A stretch of DNA of 40,696 bases from a virus (IMGVR_UViG_3300048849_000064:1-40696), one strand, 5' to 3'; shown: positions 15,886-24,960, numbered from the stretch's first letter. Translations and numbers: made by a program. The notes: generated from the letters alone by a model not told the origin.

Positions 15886-16851
15886 ATGCGACGTCTCGCG
15901 GCCGTGATCCTCGTGGTCACGGTCGCGGTTGTCGCTGCCGTCGTGCTGGTCCTGGTCACGCGGTCACAGTCCGAGCCTGACGCCGCGGTGGCGTCCGAGT
16001 CCCGCGTCCGGGTGCCGTCCGCCGTCGATCTCGCACAGCTGCGGCCGCAGCCGGCGGACGCGAAGGACGACCGGCCGGCGTTCTACGACGACGGCTCGGG
16101 GTGCCAGGTCGAGGACGGTGACCCCGTTCCGATGCTGTGCCCGTCGGGTGACGAGTCGGCCGATCGCACGCTGATGCTCGTGGGCGACTCGAAGATCGCC
16201 CAGTGGCAGACCGCCTACGCCGACATCGCGCGCTCGGCCGGATGGCGCGTGGTGACGGTGACGAAGAGCGCGTGCCCGTTCGCAGACGTCGAGCTGGTGT
16301 CCGACGGTGAGGTCAGGACCGACTGCCGTGAGTGGGGCCGGTCTGTGCTGCGAGAGGTGATCGCCCGGAAGCCCGACCTCGTCGTGACCTCGCAGCGAGC
16401 CGACCGAGCGGTGATCTCCGGCAGCGACGAGCGCACCCGAGGCGAGATGGTGCGCGGCCTCCACGCGTACTGGCAGCAGCTGCTCGACGCGGGCATCCCG
16501 GTGGTTGTGCAGCTCGACAACCCGTTCCCGACGACCCACCCCGTCTACCGGTGCGTCGAGCAGAACCCCGATGACCTGAGACGGTGCGCGTTCCGGCTGG
16601 AGAAGGGCCACGCGGAGTCGGCGGCACCGATGCTGCGGCAGGCCGCCCGCACCCTCCCCGGCGTCCGCGTGCTCGACATGTCGTCCGTGATCTGCCCCGA
16701 CGACGGCTGGTGTCCCGCCGTGATCGGCGACGTGCTGGTCTACCGTGCCGGGTCGCACCTGACCCGCACGTTCACGGTGCACGTCGAGCGGCAGCTGGCC
16801 GCAGCGCTCGAGCGCGCCACGCAGGGTGAATTCGCCGCGACACCGCGATGA
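15886..16851 (+). CDS. SGNH hydrolase-like domain protein (SGNH_AT3 type), membrane-anchored
   Basis: N-terminal TM; VGDS motif, TKSACP, paired Cys, YRAGSH near the C-terminus. Confidence 0.8.
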   Translation: MRRLAAVILVVTVAVVAAVVLVLVTRSQSEPDAAVASESRVRVPSAVDLAQLRPQPADAKDDRPAFYDDGSGCQVEDGDPVPMLCPSGDESADRTLMLVGDSKIAQWQTAYADIARSAGWRVVTVTKSACPFADVELVSDGEVRTDCREWGRSVLREVIARKPDLVVTSQRADRAVISGSDERTRGEMVRGLHAYWQQLLDAGIPVVVQLDNPFPTTHPVYRCVEQNPDDLRRCAFRLEKGHAESAAPMLRQAARTLPGVRVLDMSSVICPDDGWCPAVIGDVLVYRAGSHLTRTFTVHVERQLAAALERATQGEFAATPR

Positions 16852-16927
16852 ACGCGGACGCCCTTCCCGGCGGTCCGGCCTGAGTTAGACTGTCTCGACA
16901 TCAACGAGCGTCTCGGAGAGTATTCCT

Positions 16928-18484
16928 GTGCAAAAAATCGGCGGAACACGGCGCGTGGCACGCGTCCTCGGGGTGGGCGTTCTGGCTGGCGCGGTGGCAC
17001 TGGGACTCGGCTCCATGCCGTCCAGCGCCGAGAGCGTGCCGGACGCCACGGCGACCGCGACGACACCCGCACCCGCGGCCGGATCGGCGGAGTCCGTCGT
17101 GGGCGACACGACACCCGAGGCGTCGGTGCAGGCCACCGGTGCTCCGTGGGGCGCCGCGTACCCCGTCACCCTCGAGTCGGACTTCTCCCGCCCCTTCCGG
17201 GCGGTGACCAACTCCGGCGACGGCGACTTCAGCCTGCTCGACGACCTCGAGCGGCTCATCCGTGGCTCGTACCGCGATCCCAACACCGGCAAGTACCTGT
17301 CGAGGGCCAAGATCCGCGCCAACACGGTGTACCTGTCGATCTCCCAGATGCCCGAGTCCAAGCGCGTGGGCCGCGAGCTCATCCGGGCCGCGAAGGCAGG
17401 CGTCAAGGTACGGGTCATCCACGGCCGGGCCACCCAGTCGTCGGCGTCCCGCTCGCTGCGCCGGGCGTTGAACAAGAAGTCGCTGCGCGACTCGAGCTTC
17501 AAGATCTGCGCCAAGGGCAAGAGCCTGGCGTGCCTGTCTAGCCTCAACGGCGCGATCATGCACTCCAAGATCCTGCTGGTGAACAACACCTTCACCCGCG
17601 ACGGCAAGCCCGCGCGTGGCGCGATCTGGTCCGGCTCGGCGAACCTCGGTGGCCGCAGCGCCGAGCAGACCTACAACAACGGCATGACGATCTACAACGA
17701 CCGCAAGCTGTGGCAGCAGACCAGCAAGCTGTGGGCCGACATGTACGCCGAGCGCAACATCAACAACGACTACCTCGGGTACGTCAAGAAGAACCGGTCC
17801 AAGTACGGCATCGACACGAACGAGGCGAAGGCCCTCGGCTACACCGAGGGAACCGCCAAGTACGGCATGTTCTACTCCAACCTGGCCAACGTCACGATCT
17901 ACCCGACGCCGATCAAGGCCACGCCGACCAACGGCAAGGACCCCGTCGTCAACCTGCTCAACCGGGTCATCCCGGACGACCAGTGCCGCATCCGTCTGCA
18001 GCACAACCGGTTCAAGTACCGCCGCATCGGGGTCGCGGAGAAGCTCGTCGAGCTGTCCAACGGTGGCTGCAAGATCAGCGCCGTGGCCTACGAGGACAAC
18101 CTCAAGGTCAACCGGACGCTGCACTGCCAGAGCCTCATCCGCATCTGCCGGCCGATCCTCGACGTGCTGCGGACGTCCAGCCAGCGCATCGACGTCGCGT
18201 ACGCGAAGCCGCACGACAAGACGATGCTGGTCGACGCCAAGCTCAAGAGGAACCTCCTCAACCCCGAGGAGGTTGCTCCCGACGGCACGACGTCGAACAA
18301 CTGGCCGGCCGACGGCATCCGCATGAAGGTCGTCCAGGCAGGCTCGGCGTCGCTGACCGGCTCCAACCTCGTCGTGAGCGACGAGATCACGACCGAGACG
18401 ACCGACCCGACGATGTACGAGGACTACCTCGAGCACTGGAAGGCGATCCTCAAGTCGCACGAGTACAAGCGCTACCCGTACTGA
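16928..18484 (+). CDS. Secreted phospholipase D-family protein
   Basis: Signal peptide; two HKD-like motifs HSKILLVN...GSAN and HDKTMLVD...GSAS. Confidence 0.85.
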   Translation: MQKIGGTRRVARVLGVGVLAGAVALGLGSMPSSAESVPDATATATTPAPAAGSAESVVGDTTPEASVQATGAPWGAAYPVTLESDFSRPFRAVTNSGDGDFSLLDDLERLIRGSYRDPNTGKYLSRAKIRANTVYLSISQMPESKRVGRELIRAAKAGVKVRVIHGRATQSSASRSLRRALNKKSLRDSSFKICAKGKSLACLSSLNGAIMHSKILLVNNTFTRDGKPARGAIWSGSANLGGRSAEQTYNNGMTIYNDRKLWQQTSKLWADMYAERNINNDYLGYVKKNRSKYGIDTNEAKALGYTEGTAKYGMFYSNLANVTIYPTPIKATPTNGKDPVVNLLNRVIPDDQCRIRLQHNRFKYRRIGVAEKLVELSNGGCKISAVAYEDNLKVNRTLHCQSLIRICRPILDVLRTSSQRIDVAYAKPHDKTMLVDAKLKRNLLNPEEVAPDGTTSNNWPADGIRMKVVQAGSASLTGSNLVVSDEITTETTDPTMYEDYLEHWKAILKSHEYKRYPY

Positions 18485-18520
18485 GCCGCTGCCCGTGACG
18501 AGCGGGCGCCGCGGACACGA

Positions 18521-18552
18521 AAGAGCCGGCCAGGGCGACCTGGCCGGCTCTT
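18521..18552. terminator. Bidirectional intrinsic terminator
   Basis: AAGAGCCGGCCAGG-GCGA-CCTGGCCGGCTCTT between convergent genes. Confidence 0.85.
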
Positions 18553-18580
18553 GTCGATGTGGTGAGGCTGAGGGGAAGAC

Positions 18581-18802
18581 TCAGACGTCGTCGGCGACGG
18601 GGGACCGGGATCCGGCGAGGCGCTCGCTCTCGTCGTGGATGAGCGCGGACATCTCGCGGAGCTTCTCCTCGTGCTGACGCGCGTGGTGAGCGCAGAACAT
18701 GAGCTCGCCACCTCCGCCGAGCGTCACGCGTACGTAGGCCTGAGCGCCGCAGCGGTCGCAGCGGTCGAGGGAGCTCAGCTTGGGGGCTGTCAGTGTTGTC
18801 AC
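18581..18802 (-). CDS. Small Cys/His protein commonly divergent from actinobacterial parE (DUF7455-like)
   Basis: MTTLTAPKLSSLDRCDRCGAQAYVRV...LMFCAHH; RBS AGAGAAGG before GTG 18802. Confidence 0.8.
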   Translation of the reverse strand: MTTLTAPKLSSLDRCDRCGAQAYVRVTLGGGGELMFCAHHARQHEEKLREMSALIHDESERLAGSRSPVADDV

Positions 18803-18880
18803 GGTGACCTTCTCTCTGAGCCATCGGCGGTGTGTCAGGGTCAACATCAAATCACGGGGGCGTATTCCTCGTGACGTTCC

Positions 18881-21091
18881 GTGACCTATGACATAGATAC
18901 TCCCCGATGGGGACAAACTTCGCGAGGCGCGCGGCGTGCAGCGTGTCGGTGTGTGTGCCGCGAGGTGCGTGTCAGGACGCGTCGCGGCGGACCGGCTCGA
19001 TATCCTGCTGGTGACACCGAGCCAGAAACGAGCCTCATCATCGACAACTCCTACGACGCCCGGAACCTCCTCGTTCTCGAGGGCCTCGAGGCCGTCCGCA
19101 AGCGGCCCGGGATGTACGTCGGCTCGACCGACACCCGCGGCCTCATGCACTGCCTGTGGGAGATCATCGACAACTCCGTCGACGAGGCGCTGGGCGGCCA
19201 CGGATCGCACATCCTCGTCGCGCTGCACGACGACGGCTCGGTCGAGGTGCACGACGAGGGACGCGGCGTCCCGGTCGACATCGAGAAGAAGACCGGCCTG
19301 ACCGGCGTCGAGGTCGTCTACACCAAGCTCCACGCGGGCGGAAAGTTCGGCGGCGGCTCGTACGTGGCGACCGGCGGCCTGCACGGCGTCGGCGCCTCCG
19401 TCGTGAACGCCCTGTCGTCGCGGCTCGACGTCGAGGTCGACAAGGGTGGCGCGACGTGGGCGATGTCGTTCCGTCGCGGCGAGCCGGGTGTCTTCGCCGG
19501 CGACGGTCCCGACGCGGACTTCACGCCGGGCAACGAGCTGCGCAGGATCGGCAAGGTCGCGAAGGCGCGCACCGGAACCCGGGTGCGGTACTGGGCCGAT
19601 CCGCAGATCTTCATCAAGGGAGCCAAGTTCGCCTACGACGAGCTCGTCGCCCGGGCCCGCCAGACGTCCTTCCTGGTGCCCGGGCTCGAGCTGGTCATCC
19701 GCGACGAGCGCGGCGACGAGCCGCACGAGGAGAAGTTCCGCCACGACGGCGGCATCGCCGAGTTCTGCGAGTTCCTCGCCCCGGACGAGCCGGTGTCCGA
19801 CGTCCTGCGGCTCGAGGGTGAGGACGTGTTCACCGAGACCGTCCCGCTGCTGGACAGCAAGGGCCACATGACGCCGCAGGACATCGAGCGCACGCTGGGC
19901 GTCGACGTCGCGCTGCGATGGGGCACGGGCTACGACACCGAGGTCAAGTCGTTCGTCAACATCATCGCGACGCCCAAGGGCGGCACGCACGTCAACGGCT
20001 TCGAGCGAGCGGTCACCAAGACCTTCAACGAGGTGCTCAAGACCACGCGGCTGCTGAAGGCCGGCGACCCGGACGTCATCAAGGACGATGTCCTCGAGGG
20101 CGTCACGGCCGTCGTGACGGTGCGCCTGGCCGAGCCCCAGTTCGAGGGGCAGACCAAGGAGGTGCTGGGCACCCCGGCGGTCACGAAGATCGTCAACCAG
20201 GTCGTCTCCCGCGAGCTCAAGAAGCACCTGACGTCGACGAAGGCGGCCGACAAGGCCAAGGCGCGCATCGTGATGCAGAAGGTCGTCGACGCGTCCCGCA
20301 CGCGCCTGGCGGCCCGCCAGCAGCGCGACACGCAGCGGCGCAAGAACGCGCTGGAGTCCAGCGCGCTGCCGGCCAAGCTGGCCGACTGCCGCAGCAACGA
20401 CGTCGAACGCTCCGAGCTGTTCATCGTGGAGGGCGACTCCGCGCTCGGCACCGCCAAGTCGGCGCGCGACTCCGAGTTCCAGGCGCTGCTGCCGATCCGC
20501 GGCAAGATCCTGAACGTCCAGAAGGCCAGCATCGGTGACATGCTCAAGAACGCCGAGTGCTCGTCGATCATCCAGGTCGTCGGCGCCGGCTCGGGACGCA
20601 CCTTCGACGTCGACGCGGCCCGCTACGGGCGCATCATCTTCATGGCCGACGCCGACTCCGACGGTGCGCACATCCGCTGCCTGCTCGCGACGCTGTTCTT
20701 CCGCTACATGCGCGATCTCGTCGACGCGGGCCGCGTCTACACAGCCGTCCCGCCACTGCACCGCATCGAGCTGACCAACCCGAAGAAGGGTCAGGACAAG
20801 TACGTCTACACGTACTCAGACCCCGAGCTCCAGCGCACGCTGGCCGAGCTCAAGCGCAAGGGCGTCAAGTGGAAGGACCCCATCCAGCGCTACAAGGGCC
20901 TCGGCGAGATGGACGCCTCCCAGCTGGCGGAGACCACGATGGACCCGCGGCACCGCACGCTGCGCCGCCTCACGGTCGACGACGGGCAGGAGGCCGAAGA
21001 GGTCTTCGAGCTCCTGATGGGCAATGAGGTGCCGCCGCGCAAGGAGTTCATCGTACACACTCAACCTCACATGAGCGATATCGACTACTGA
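18881..21091 (+). CDS. parE: DNA topoisomerase IV subunit B (GyrB family); true start probably near 19037-19042; last 11 aa phage-derived
   Basis: LEGLEAVRKRPGMY, GHKL motifs (EIIDNSVDE, DEGRG, LHAGGKF, GGLHGVG), TOPRIM VEGDSA, PIRGK, DADSDG, QRYKGLGEM; no gyrA or dnaA adjacent. Confidence 0.9.
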   Translation: MTYDIDTPRWGQTSRGARRAACRCVCREVRVRTRRGGPARYPAGDTEPETSLIIDNSYDARNLLVLEGLEAVRKRPGMYVGSTDTRGLMHCLWEIIDNSVDEALGGHGSHILVALHDDGSVEVHDEGRGVPVDIEKKTGLTGVEVVYTKLHAGGKFGGGSYVATGGLHGVGASVVNALSSRLDVEVDKGGATWAMSFRRGEPGVFAGDGPDADFTPGNELRRIGKVAKARTGTRVRYWADPQIFIKGAKFAYDELVARARQTSFLVPGLELVIRDERGDEPHEEKFRHDGGIAEFCEFLAPDEPVSDVLRLEGEDVFTETVPLLDSKGHMTPQDIERTLGVDVALRWGTGYDTEVKSFVNIIATPKGGTHVNGFERAVTKTFNEVLKTTRLLKAGDPDVIKDDVLEGVTAVVTVRLAEPQFEGQTKEVLGTPAVTKIVNQVVSRELKKHLTSTKAADKAKARIVMQKVVDASRTRLAARQQRDTQRRKNALESSALPAKLADCRSNDVERSELFIVEGDSALGTAKSARDSEFQALLPIRGKILNVQKASIGDMLKNAECSSIIQVVGAGSGRTFDVDAARYGRIIFMADADSDGAHIRCLLATLFFRYMRDLVDAGRVYTAVPPLHRIELTNPKKGQDKYVYTYSDPELQRTLAELKRKGVKWKDPIQRYKGLGEMDASQLAETTMDPRHRTLRRLTVDDGQEAEEVFELLMGNEVPPRKEFIVHTQPHMSDIDY
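21045..21054 (+). repeat. attL core of the prophage (AGTTCATCGT)
   Basis: Identical to 39693-39702; inside parE codons E-F-I-V. Confidence 0.9.
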
Positions 21092-21101
21092 GCCGGAACG
21101 C

Positions 21102-21135
21102 AAACAACCCCAACCAATCCGGCTGGGGTTGTTTT
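21102..21135 (+). terminator. Phage-supplied terminator after the hybrid parE (probably bidirectional)
   Basis: AAACAACCCCA...TGGGGTTGTTT stem running into a T tract. Confidence 0.75.
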
Positions 21136-21149
21136 CGCTGCAATACCTA

Positions 21150-21249
21150 GTTGCACTGTTGCACACCCTAAAGGGATGTGTGCAACTGCAACAACGGTCT
21201 AGGGGTGTTGCACGGAGCGTTGCACCGTTGCATTTAGAAATGGTGCAAC
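21150..21249. repeat. Iteron array, putative prophage replication origin
   Basis: GTTGCA at 21150, 21158, 21207, 21219 and 21227; TGCAAC at 21181, 21187 and 21244; centre CCCTAAAGGG at 21166-21175; located at the 3' end of rep. Confidence 0.75.
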
Positions 21250-22566
21250 TGAGTAGAAGGTGGCATTGGAGGCACCCTTACGGGAGGTCATCTGACCTGA
21301 CTTATCCCACCCGGCGAGGATGGTGGAGACCTTGTTACGCATGCCCGGACTGAGGTCTAGTCCCTTGACTACCTGAGTGATGGAGCATTCGCCATGCTCG
21401 GTGACGTAGTCCCACACGGACTGTTCAAAGGCTGCTGCGTCGGCTTGCTTGGACTGACCCTTGGTGACGATCTCGGCTGCAAAGATCCGGTTGGAGTCCC
21501 TGTCCCAGTCATAGCCAGCGGAGTCCAGTAGGTCTCCACGTCCGGTGATCTTCAGTACGCGCTGAGTGTCTTCATCATCGTTTGGGTTGACGTGCTCAAG
21601 GGTCCATAGGCTTTCGGGCCACGCAAGCATGGCTGAGGCCCCACGACTGCGGACCTTGCGACCCTCTCCACCGTGTCCAGCGTGGTGAACGATGTAGACC
21701 TCACTGAGACCCGCACGACGCTTGATCTCGTCCACGATTGCAATCCACTTGGTGAACTCGGTGTTGGAGTCCTCGTCACCTTGGTAGATGCGGCTCATGG
21801 TGTCGATAACCCACACCTCGGCGTTGAGTTCGGACAGGTGCTTGATGGTCCATTCCTTGACGGCGTCGACCTGTAGGGGAGTGGTCCGGCCTTTCATGGG
21901 CACGATGGTGACAGCGGACTTGTTCTCCACGTTGAGGCTCATCATCTGAGCACGTGCGTACACGGTCTCTAGTTCCGCGTCCCAGTACACGACGCGCTTA
22001 CCCTCGGCTACCGGGATGACTGGCAACCCTAGGAAGTCGCAACCGTCTACAAGAGACTTGACAAGGTTGAACATGAACGTTGTCTTACCGGCCTTGGCTT
22101 GCGCCGCAATGATGACGTTTCCGCCATGCTGATGCAGGCCCGCTACGCGGTACCGGAGTTCAGGGATGTCCTCGTCAGCCTCTAGGTCTTCTAGGGTCTG
22201 GTGCTCGATGTCCGGAGGATCGAACGCGCCTGCGGCTTCCATGACGGCTAGACCTTCTCGGATGGCTCCTCGGTTGATCTCTGCGTCTGCGGCAAACAGT
22301 TTGTCCTCTACCCAACGGTTGAGGGCGTTCTCATCCACTTCACCGTTGAGGAGAAGCGGGTAGCGGTCTGACGGGTCGCTGTCCGGTGTACCGGTGTGGA
22401 GAAACGCGGCCTTCCGGTAGCCGTAGGCTCGGAGTTCAGCCTCTAGCGCTAGGCGTTCTTTCTCGCTACTCCATACGGCTTCTAGTAGTCCTAGTTCGTA
22501 CTCGGCTTGGTCTTGGTACGCCTTTAGTTGCTCAGGCGTCGGGTCGGAATATGCTACACTGGTCAT
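21199..22566 (-). CDS. RepA-like AAA_25 helicase/replication protein
   Basis: Walker A AQAKAGKT, YWDAE, Walker B WVIDT, VHHAGH, RGASA; C-terminal wHTH-like segment. Confidence 0.85.
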   Translation of the reverse strand: MTSVAYSDPTPEQLKAYQDQAEYELGLLEAVWSSEKERLALEAELRAYGYRKAAFLHTGTPDSDPSDRYPLLLNGEVDENALNRWVEDKLFAADAEINRGAIREGLAVMEAAGAFDPPDIEHQTLEDLEADEDIPELRYRVAGLHQHGGNVIIAAQAKAGKTTFMFNLVKSLVDGCDFLGLPVIPVAEGKRVVYWDAELETVYARAQMMSLNVENKSAVTIVPMKGRTTPLQVDAVKEWTIKHLSELNAEVWVIDTMSRIYQGDEDSNTEFTKWIAIVDEIKRRAGLSEVYIVHHAGHGGEGRKVRSRGASAMLAWPESLWTLEHVNPNDDEDTQRVLKITGRGDLLDSAGYDWDRDSNRIFAAEIVTKGQSKQADAAAFEQSVWDYVTEHGECSITQVVKGLDLSPGMRNKVSTILAGWDKSGQMTSRKGASNATFYSVAPFLNATVQRSVQHP

Positions 22567-22633
22567 ATCTGTTAATTCGTTTCTGTTTGATGTGGATTGA
22601 TTTGGTCGTCATTCATGTCTTTCTTTCAGTTGG

Positions 22634-22670
22634 CCCCACCGGGAAAAGCCTCGGTGGGGTTCTTCTGTTT
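22634..22670 (+). terminator. Stem-loop with T-rich tail
   Basis: CCCCACCG-N10-CGGTGGGG followed by TTCTTCTGTTT. Confidence 0.5.
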
Positions 22671-22693
22671 CTCCTAGTTTACCGTAAATAGAT

Positions 22694-22846
22694 TCAGCGG
22701 CGCTTTGCTAGGTGTTTGGCGTACGATATGAACGCAGTCGGTCCGCCGTTCTGGTGTTCGGTTAGCAATTGTTCTAGGTCACGTCGGCTGAGTTTCTTAC
22801 CGTTGAGTGTCATGCCGGACTTGCTCCTGTGGAAGTGCAACTTCAT
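22694..22846 (-). CDS. Small basic hypothetical protein (50 aa)
   Basis: RBS GGAGGTGA before ATG 22846 (MKLHFHRSKSG...). Confidence 0.55.
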   Translation of the reverse strand: MKLHFHRSKSGMTLNGKKLSRRDLEQLLTEHQNGGPTAFISYAKHLAKRR

Positions 22847-22928
22847 TAGTTCACCTCCAATGCGAACTTGGTTGCTAGATGTGCTGCATAAACGGAGTAG
22901 CCAAACAGGGCTGCATATAGAAGCACCA

Positions 22929-23270
22929 TCAGAAACCCCGGTTGCTCTTGATGGCCGTGACCTTGCCGTCCGACAGACCGCCACCCGGAGTGAAGTCCAG
23001 TGATCGGCTTCGTCCGTCCGGCTCTCCACCGTTGCGAATGAAGTCCTCGTAGATTCCAAGGACGTTCGTGAGCGTGCCGTCCTTGTTGACCTGCGCCTTC
23101 ATAGCCTCGCGCGTAGGCCCGTCTACGCGGCTCTGGAGTGCTTCGTAAAGGTCTGCTGCACGTTCGACCATGTCGCGCTTCTCGCGGTCCTTACGCTGCT
23201 GCTCTGCGGTCAGGATCTCGTGAGCCTTGGCGCGGCGGTAGGCGTTCACCTTGCTTTGCGCGCCCATCAC
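22929..23270 (-). CDS. Hypothetical protein
   Basis: Coupled member of the early operon. Confidence 0.65.
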   Translation of the reverse strand: MMGAQSKVNAYRRAKAHEILTAEQQRKDREKRDMVERAADLYEALQSRVDGPTREAMKAQVNKDGTLTNVLGIYEDFIRNGGEPDGRSRSLDFTPGGGLSDGKVTAIKSNRGF

Positions 23271-23422
23271 GCATCACCCTTATGCACTACGCGGATCTCG
23301 GCTCCGGACTCCAGAGCCTCGTTCCATGCGTCAAGGTGCTTCTGTACTTCCTCGGGAGTGAGCGCACGGTTTGAGGTGATGACCTCGGTAGGCTTGTTCG
23401 TCTTGCGCTTGAACCAACTCAT
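23267..23422 (-). CDS. Small hypothetical protein (51 aa)
   Basis: MSWFKRKTNKPTEVITSNRALTPEEVQKHLDAWNEALESGAEIRVVHKGDA; overlaps both neighbours by 4 nt; not in the ORF track. Confidence 0.6.
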   Translation of the reverse strand: MSWFKRKTNKPTEVITSNRALTPEEVQKHLDAWNEALESGAEIRVVHKGDA

Positions 23423-23628
23423 TCGCCCTCACCCGCCATGACAGCGTCATAGGCTGCCTGTGCTCGACGCTCGCGCTTGGCCTGCTCAACCTCTTCAGCG
23501 GAGATCGTTTCGTGGAGCGTCCAGACCTGTACTGAGCCGTCTTCCGACTCTCGGAGTTCGGCCTCCCCGATGCGGTCAAGGGTCATCGGGCTGAAGATGT
23601 CACCCGGCTGCATGATGTGTCCGGCCAT
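23419..23628 (-). CDS. Hypothetical protein
   Basis: TGATG coupling to the HTH gene. Confidence 0.6.
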   Translation of the reverse strand: MAGHIMQPGDIFSPMTLDRIGEAELRESEDGSVQVWTLHETISAEEVEQAKRERRAQAAYDAVMAGEGE

Positions 23629-23906
23629 CAGAGCGCACCGACCCTTTCGGCTGCTGCGAGCGCACGGGCGATGCGCCGACCTTCCTCGATGAGGGCAGCC
23701 TGTGAATCTTCCTCGACGGTCGCGCCACGGCGGAACCGGTCTAGTTCACCGTCTAGCCACGTCTTCGGGATACGGACCGTGTAGCCGAAGCGGTAGTGCG
23801 GGATGTTGCCCTTACGGATCTCTCTACCAACGGTTGTGTTGTGTACTTGGAATGCGTTTGCCACGTCATCGACGGTGACCCACTCCACCTTCTCTTGATC
23901 TCTCAT
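23628..23906 (-). CDS. Excisionase-type HTH (HTH_17) protein
   Basis: WVTVDDVANAFQVHNTTVGREIRKGNIPHYRFGYTVRIP; ATG 23906 downstream of a sigma-A-like promoter. Confidence 0.8.
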   Translation of the reverse strand: MRDQEKVEWVTVDDVANAFQVHNTTVGREIRKGNIPHYRFGYTVRIPKTWLDGELDRFRRGATVEEDSQAALIEEGRRIARALAAAERVGAL

Positions 23907-23954
23907 AGTGTTTCTCTCAATTGTTACGGTTAATGCTTCGCCATGTTTAGCGTG

Positions 23955-23983
23955 CTTATACCATTCTATCACAAAGAATGCAA
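23955..23983 (-). promoter_or_regulatory. Sigma-A-like early promoter
   Basis: Minus strand TTGCAT-17nt-TATAAG with an extended TG motif. Confidence 0.6.
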
Positions 23984-24083
23984 GGGCTGCGGAAAAGTCG
24001 CTTCAAGCTGAACCTTCACGTAGAGCACTGTCTAGGTGTCAGGTACTTTTAGCAAACACGTCTAGTTAAAGGGAGTAGCAAGC

Positions 24084-24446
24084 ATGGGTAAGAAAGTCGT
24101 TGAGTCAGTAGAGTTCTACGATGACTGGGACGGAACGCCGTTGGAGGAGAAGGACGCCAAGCCTCGGTATCTGACGTTCGAGGGTGTTCGGTATGAGTAC
24201 TACCTGACCAATGAGCACCAACATGAACTCGCGGACATCATCAAGAAACTCACGTCCGGCACTGCTGTTCCTCCGGAGTCCTCGCGCAAGGCGTCCAAGA
24301 CCACCCGCTCCACGTCGCTGAACACGTACGGGCTCGATGCCAAAGAGGTTCGTGAGGTCGGCTTGTCCGAGGGCATCACCAAGCCTCAAGGTCGCCTGTC
24401 ACAGGCTGCGTACGATCACGCCAACAAGGTGCTCAACAAAAAGTAG
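24084..24446 (+). CDS. lsr2: Lsr2-like nucleoid-associated/silencer protein
   Basis: MGKKV...DDWDG...FEGVRYE..L N-domain and EVRE.G...G....QGRL C-domain (RGR-like hook); RBS GGGAG. Confidence 0.8.
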   Translation: MGKKVVESVEFYDDWDGTPLEEKDAKPRYLTFEGVRYEYYLTNEHQHELADIIKKLTSGTAVPPESSRKASKTTRSTSLNTYGLDAKEVREVGLSEGITKPQGRLSQAAYDHANKVLNKK

Positions 24447-24456
24447 TACCGAACAT

Positions 24457-24498
24457 GACAGCGCCCGTTCCCCTGAGAGTGAGGGAACGGGCGTTGTC
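24457..24498. terminator. Bidirectional terminator between lsr2 and the late operon
   Basis: GACAGCGCCCGTTCCC / GGGAACGGGCGTTGTC. Confidence 0.8.
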
Positions 24499-24503
24499 GG
24501 CTT

Positions 24504-24848
24504 TTAGGAGGCCTTGTTGTACTGCCCCACTGGGGCGTTCAGGTCTTGGCCTTTTCGCATTCGTTGGTAGTGGGTCGGACATAGTCCCTTGGCCTGATGG
24601 GCACGTGTGCAACCTGTGACGGTGCATGGCTTGCCCTTACGCACCGGCTCGGGGATTACCTCCCCGTTCCTGACAGCGATGCGCCACGCGAGGTGGTCGG
24701 CATAGTGTCGTGTGCAACGGTGCCCGGAGGCCTTGGAGCCTGCGAGCAGATCACACCCGGGCTCGGTACAGGTCAGGTCAACTGACGTCGGGTTCAAGCG
24801 CGGCAGGGTCTCCACCTCCGTCAATGAATTTGGCCTTAAGGTCGGCAA
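24504..24848 (-). CDS. Small protein with two C-x4-C...C-x2-HY zinc-binding repeats (start uncertain)
   Basis: CTEPGC...RCTRHY and CTVTGC...LCPTHYQR. Confidence 0.55.
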   Translation of the reverse strand: MPTLRPNSLTEVETLPRLNPTSVDLTCTEPGCDLLAGSKASGHRCTRHYADHLAWRIAVRNGEVIPEPVRKGKPCTVTGCTRAHQAKGLCPTHYQRMRKGQDLNAPVGQYNKAS

Positions 24849-24960
24849 TCTGTGACGGGATGGTGGCTAGGTTCTTGCGACGCTCGGTCTCGACAAGGAC
24901 CGCGACGAGAAGTTGATTCAGTTTCTCGTCGTCGTAGTTTTCGATGAGTGGTAGTGCCAT
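24778..24960 (-). CDS. Small tail-associated hypothetical protein
   Basis: RBS AAGGA; follows the tail fibre gene. Confidence 0.65.
   Translation of the reverse strand: MALPLIENYDDEKLNQLLVAVLVETERRKNLATIPSQIADLKAKFIDGGGDPAALEPDVS

Noticed and set aside
16901-18460. 519-aa minus-strand ORF and 17710-18498 alternative plus frame
   Set aside because: Shadows of the PLD-family gene, which has the motifs and codon bias
18581-20761. 726-aa minus-strand ORF
   Set aside because: Antisense shadow of high-GC parE; only the last 73 codons (18581-18802) look like a real gene
18881-21091. Calling this gene gyrB
   Set aside because: No gyrA, recF or dnaA context; the sigA and small Cys/His gene neighbourhood fits actinobacterial Topo IV subunit B, though phylogeny would be decisive
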